Source: a bacterium
GTDB lineage: Bacteria > JAAXHH01
Length of the DNA stretch: 64,000 nucleotides
NCBI GenBank assembly: GCA_963693015.1
Contig: OY843748.1
Coordinates: 2,269,337-2,333,336 of the forward strand
Reading direction: 5' to 3'
Shown here one piece after another: positions 61,684 through 64,000 of this stretch (position 1 is its first letter; every line of letters begins with the position of its first letter). Position numbers and translations under genes: made by a program. The notes beneath the pieces were generated by a model that saw nothing but the letters and a program-made list of their open reading frames with translations, made no database searches and had not been told where the DNA came from.

Positions 61684-61851
61684 TCACCTGCGGCCACCCG
61701 CTCCGGCGGGCCGCGGTCTGCCCGCCGAGCGCCGCCCGGTCGCCCGTACGCGCTGGCCGCCCCCCGCGAGGGCCATGAGGTAGACCAGGCCGATCGCCAC
61801 GAGACCCAGGATGATCGTACCAATCACGCTGAAACCAATCGTCGCCAGCAT
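61684..61851 (-). CDS. Small single-TM protein (55 aa), absent from ORF track
   Basis: GGAGG RBS; MLATIGFSVIGTIILGLVAIGLVYLMALAG then Arg/Gly-rich tail, TGA at 61684. Confidence 0.6.
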   Translation of the reverse strand: MLATIGFSVIGTIILGLVAIGLVYLMALAGGGQRVRATGRRSAGRPRPAGAGGRR

Positions 61852-61914
61852 GCCGCCTCCTTACTGTTTAAGATGCGTCCAAAGGACACACCCCTCGATC
61901 AAGTGCGGGTCGCT

Positions 61915-62919
61915 TCACCCGTCGACGCCCCCGGGCCGCCCGCCGTCCTTCATGCTCCAGTCCAGCAGGCGCCGCATGTCCGTGAACCGGGTTCGGCTGG
62001 TCGGTCCGCCAAGGATTACGGCGTAAATGTCATCGCCCGCTTCGCCGAGCGCGCGCATGACGAGACAGTATCCGGCCCGGCGGATATAGCCGGTCTTGCT
62101 CCCGACACTCACCCACTGCCGTTCAGATACCGTATCGCGCACCAGCCGGTTGGTGGTCCGAATGGTATGCACGCGCCGGTTCGTTCCGAACCGGTACTCC
62201 CTGGCCAACAGGATTTCCGCCAGCAATTCATCCTGCAGCGCGGTCCACAGGAGCGCCACGCAGTCCACGGCCGTGGATATATTGCCCGCGTCCAGCCCGG
62301 TAGGTTCGGTAAAACGTGAGTTCGACAGGCCAAGGGAGGCCGCCGTTTCATTCATACGGTCCACGAATGCCTCCATGGCGAGCCCCGATGCGCGTGCCAG
62401 TGCGCGCGCCGCCACGTTGTCCGAAGCGACCAGCGTGGCGTAGAGCAGATCCTGCGCCGAGACCTGTTCCCCGTACCTGAGTTTCGTCCAGTTGGCCCGG
62501 TATACGTCCTTTCGGGTAATACGCACGCGCTTTTCAAGATCCGGATTTTCCCGCATGTAGGTCACCGCGGTCATCAGTTTCGTGATACTCGCGACCGGGA
62601 ACGGCGACGTGGCGTTCTTCTGATAGATTACCTCGCCCTTCTGAATATCGATCACGAGGGCGGCCCGTGCGCGTACGCGGATTCCGCCGTCGCGCGCGGG
62701 CGATCTGGCCGGGAGCGTCTCGACCCTGTCGGAGGAGGCTTCCCGGGCAGCCGGCGCGGGCGCATGTACCGCTTCGACCGGGACTTCAATCCCCTTCGGC
62801 AGGTCCTCCGGCGCAAGTCCGAAGACGGGTCCCGCGTTCGCGGATGCCGAAACGGCTGAAAGCAGCAAGGCGCAGCATGCCCACGCTGCCATTGAACGGA
62901 TCGATACGGCATGGCTCAT
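61915..62919 (-). CDS. Peptidase S11 D-Ala-D-Ala endo/carboxypeptidase (PBP7-like)
   Basis: SxxK (ASITK), SxN (SDN), KTG motifs; signal peptide. Confidence 0.9.
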   Translation of the reverse strand: MSHAVSIRSMAAWACCALLLSAVSASANAGPVFGLAPEDLPKGIEVPVEAVHAPAPAAREASSDRVETLPARSPARDGGIRVRARAALVIDIQKGEVIYQKNATSPFPVASITKLMTAVTYMRENPDLEKRVRITRKDVYRANWTKLRYGEQVSAQDLLYATLVASDNVAARALARASGLAMEAFVDRMNETAASLGLSNSRFTEPTGLDAGNISTAVDCVALLWTALQDELLAEILLAREYRFGTNRRVHTIRTTNRLVRDTVSERQWVSVGSKTGYIRRAGYCLVMRALGEAGDDIYAVILGGPTSRTRFTDMRRLLDWSMKDGGRPGGVDG

Positions 62920-62953
62920 AGGCTGGGATTATAGGACGGGGGATAGCGCTGAG

Positions 62954-64000
62954 TCAAGGTGAATCAAGCCGGTTATCCGGGCCTGCCCGCGGGGAAGATG
63001 CAACCTGCGTCAGGCCGTCTGCCTCTTCCGAGACCGACTGACCCTCTCCGGCGGGTTGCAGGTCGATATGGACCCTGACCTCGCGGTCCTCGATGGTGAA
63101 CGAGGTAAAGGACAGGTCCTGCGGCAGGATCTTCAGCCGGCAATCGAAGACCCGGCTGGCGGTAAGCTCGGAAAGATCGATCGTGGGCGCCGCCACCACC
63201 CGCTCGATCTGGTCGATTTCCATTTCCCGGCCCGTTATCGGTACCGAAGGCGGTTCGACGGTGACACGGGCGATTTCCAGACCCTCCGGAAGTTTCCCCG
63301 CCAGTTCGTGGTCGATCATGATGCGTCTGTTCACGATTCGATCGGACGTGATGGTGAGGCTCGTTGGATCGATCGAGGTGGCTTCGATACCGGAAGGCAA
63401 TTCAACGTTCGCTTCCGTGAGCTGCATGGTATGGGTCCCGGGTTCGATATCGTCCAAATCGACTATTACGCGTACCTGGTCCGCCGTGAGCGTGGCTATA
63501 CTGCCCTCGGGACCCCGCACCCACACGTTCACCTCGCTGGTCGAATTGCTGATCATTTCGAAGTTCGCCGGGACGTTCTGAAACGCCAGGGCGGCGGTGA
63601 CCGCTATTTCGGAGCGTTGCTGTCCTCCGATCAGGGTGAACCAGAGCAGGCAGGACACCCCGATGGCCGCCAGTTTGGCGGTAAGGTTGCTGCGATTGAA
63701 CCGGTATTCCGGCCGAAAGGCGAGGATTTTCGCCATTGCTTCCCGCAACGACGGCCTGCTCCGGGGAATCTCGATCGGCAGCAACGATTTTTCCAGCATC
63801 TGCCATAGTTTCTCCCGATCGGCCACGGCGGTGATATCGCCGCCGGAAGCTACGGACACCTCGCCGCTTTCCTCCGACACCACTACGCAGAACGTATCGC
63901 CGAGTTCCGACACGCCCAGCGCCGCCCGGTGCCGCGTGCCGTACCGGGGGGGAAGATGATCCCTGGTCGAAAGGGGGAGATAGGTGGCCGCTTCGGCCAC
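62954..64000 (-). CDS. Diadenylate cyclase (DisA_N/CdaA) fused to YbbR/CdaR domains (5' end beyond window)
   Basis: GTRHRAALGVSE..D..CVVVSEESG.VS DAC motif, then KLAAI..S..LW TM and V.V.V.GP / V.V.G YbbR-like repeats. Confidence 0.85.
   Translation of the reverse strand: MAEAATYLPLSTRDHLPPRYGTRHRAALGVSELGDTFCVVVSEESGEVSVASGGDITAVADREKLWQMLEKSLLPIEIPRSRPSLREAMAKILAFRPEYRFNRSNLTAKLAAIGVSCLLWFTLIGGQQRSEIAVTAALAFQNVPANFEMISNSTSEVNVWVRGPEGSIATLTADQVRVIVDLDDIEPGTHTMQLTEANVELPSGIEATSIDPTSLTITSDRIVNRRIMIDHELAGKLPEGLEIARVTVEPPSVPITGREMEIDQIERVVAAPTIDLSELTASRVFDCRLKILPQDLSFTSFTIEDREVRVHIDLQPAGEGQSVSEEADGLTQVASSPRAGPDNRLDSP

Overview
GC-rich bacterial chromosomal window from a diderm organism (LPS-type GT9, lipoproteins, outer-membrane export module). 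The lineage is not determinable from the sequence. Sulfatase, sugar ABC, sugar-acid dehydratases and c-di-AMP synthesis would fit a Latescibacterota/Gemmatimonadota-like heterotroph, but that is inference only. Housekeeping genes include argS, proS, glnA-type GS, ispG, citrate synthase, a three-subunit acyl-CoA carboxylase, a PBP7-like peptidase, a DAC-YbbR fusion and tRNA-Pro(UGG). Accessory modules: (i) PEGA lipoprotein, collagen-stalked trypsin-like lipoprotein, three TM+coiled-coil microproteins and a clan AA aspartic protease (0.5-3.9 kb); (ii) DUF433/DUF5615 TA pair; (iii) a probably leaderless His/Cys-rich uORF ending in RAPP ahead of a DUF3526-type ABC transporter and MerC-like gene; (iv) a Type II R-M pair with an SPPY methylase; (v) an MpaB/Lcp-like oxygenase-MMPL-LolA-like-beta-barrel run; (vi) an ECF sigma/zinc anti-sigma pair; (vii) an AT-rich island where DUF5131 (three-Cys, radical-SAM-like) and TcmP (methyltransferase-like) are fused in one ORF. 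The window also carries at least 13 unrelated short tandem duplications, in-frame inside genes and at gene junctions. No integrase, transposase, rRNA or CRISPR array was seen. All family calls come from motif recognition by eye, not database searches.
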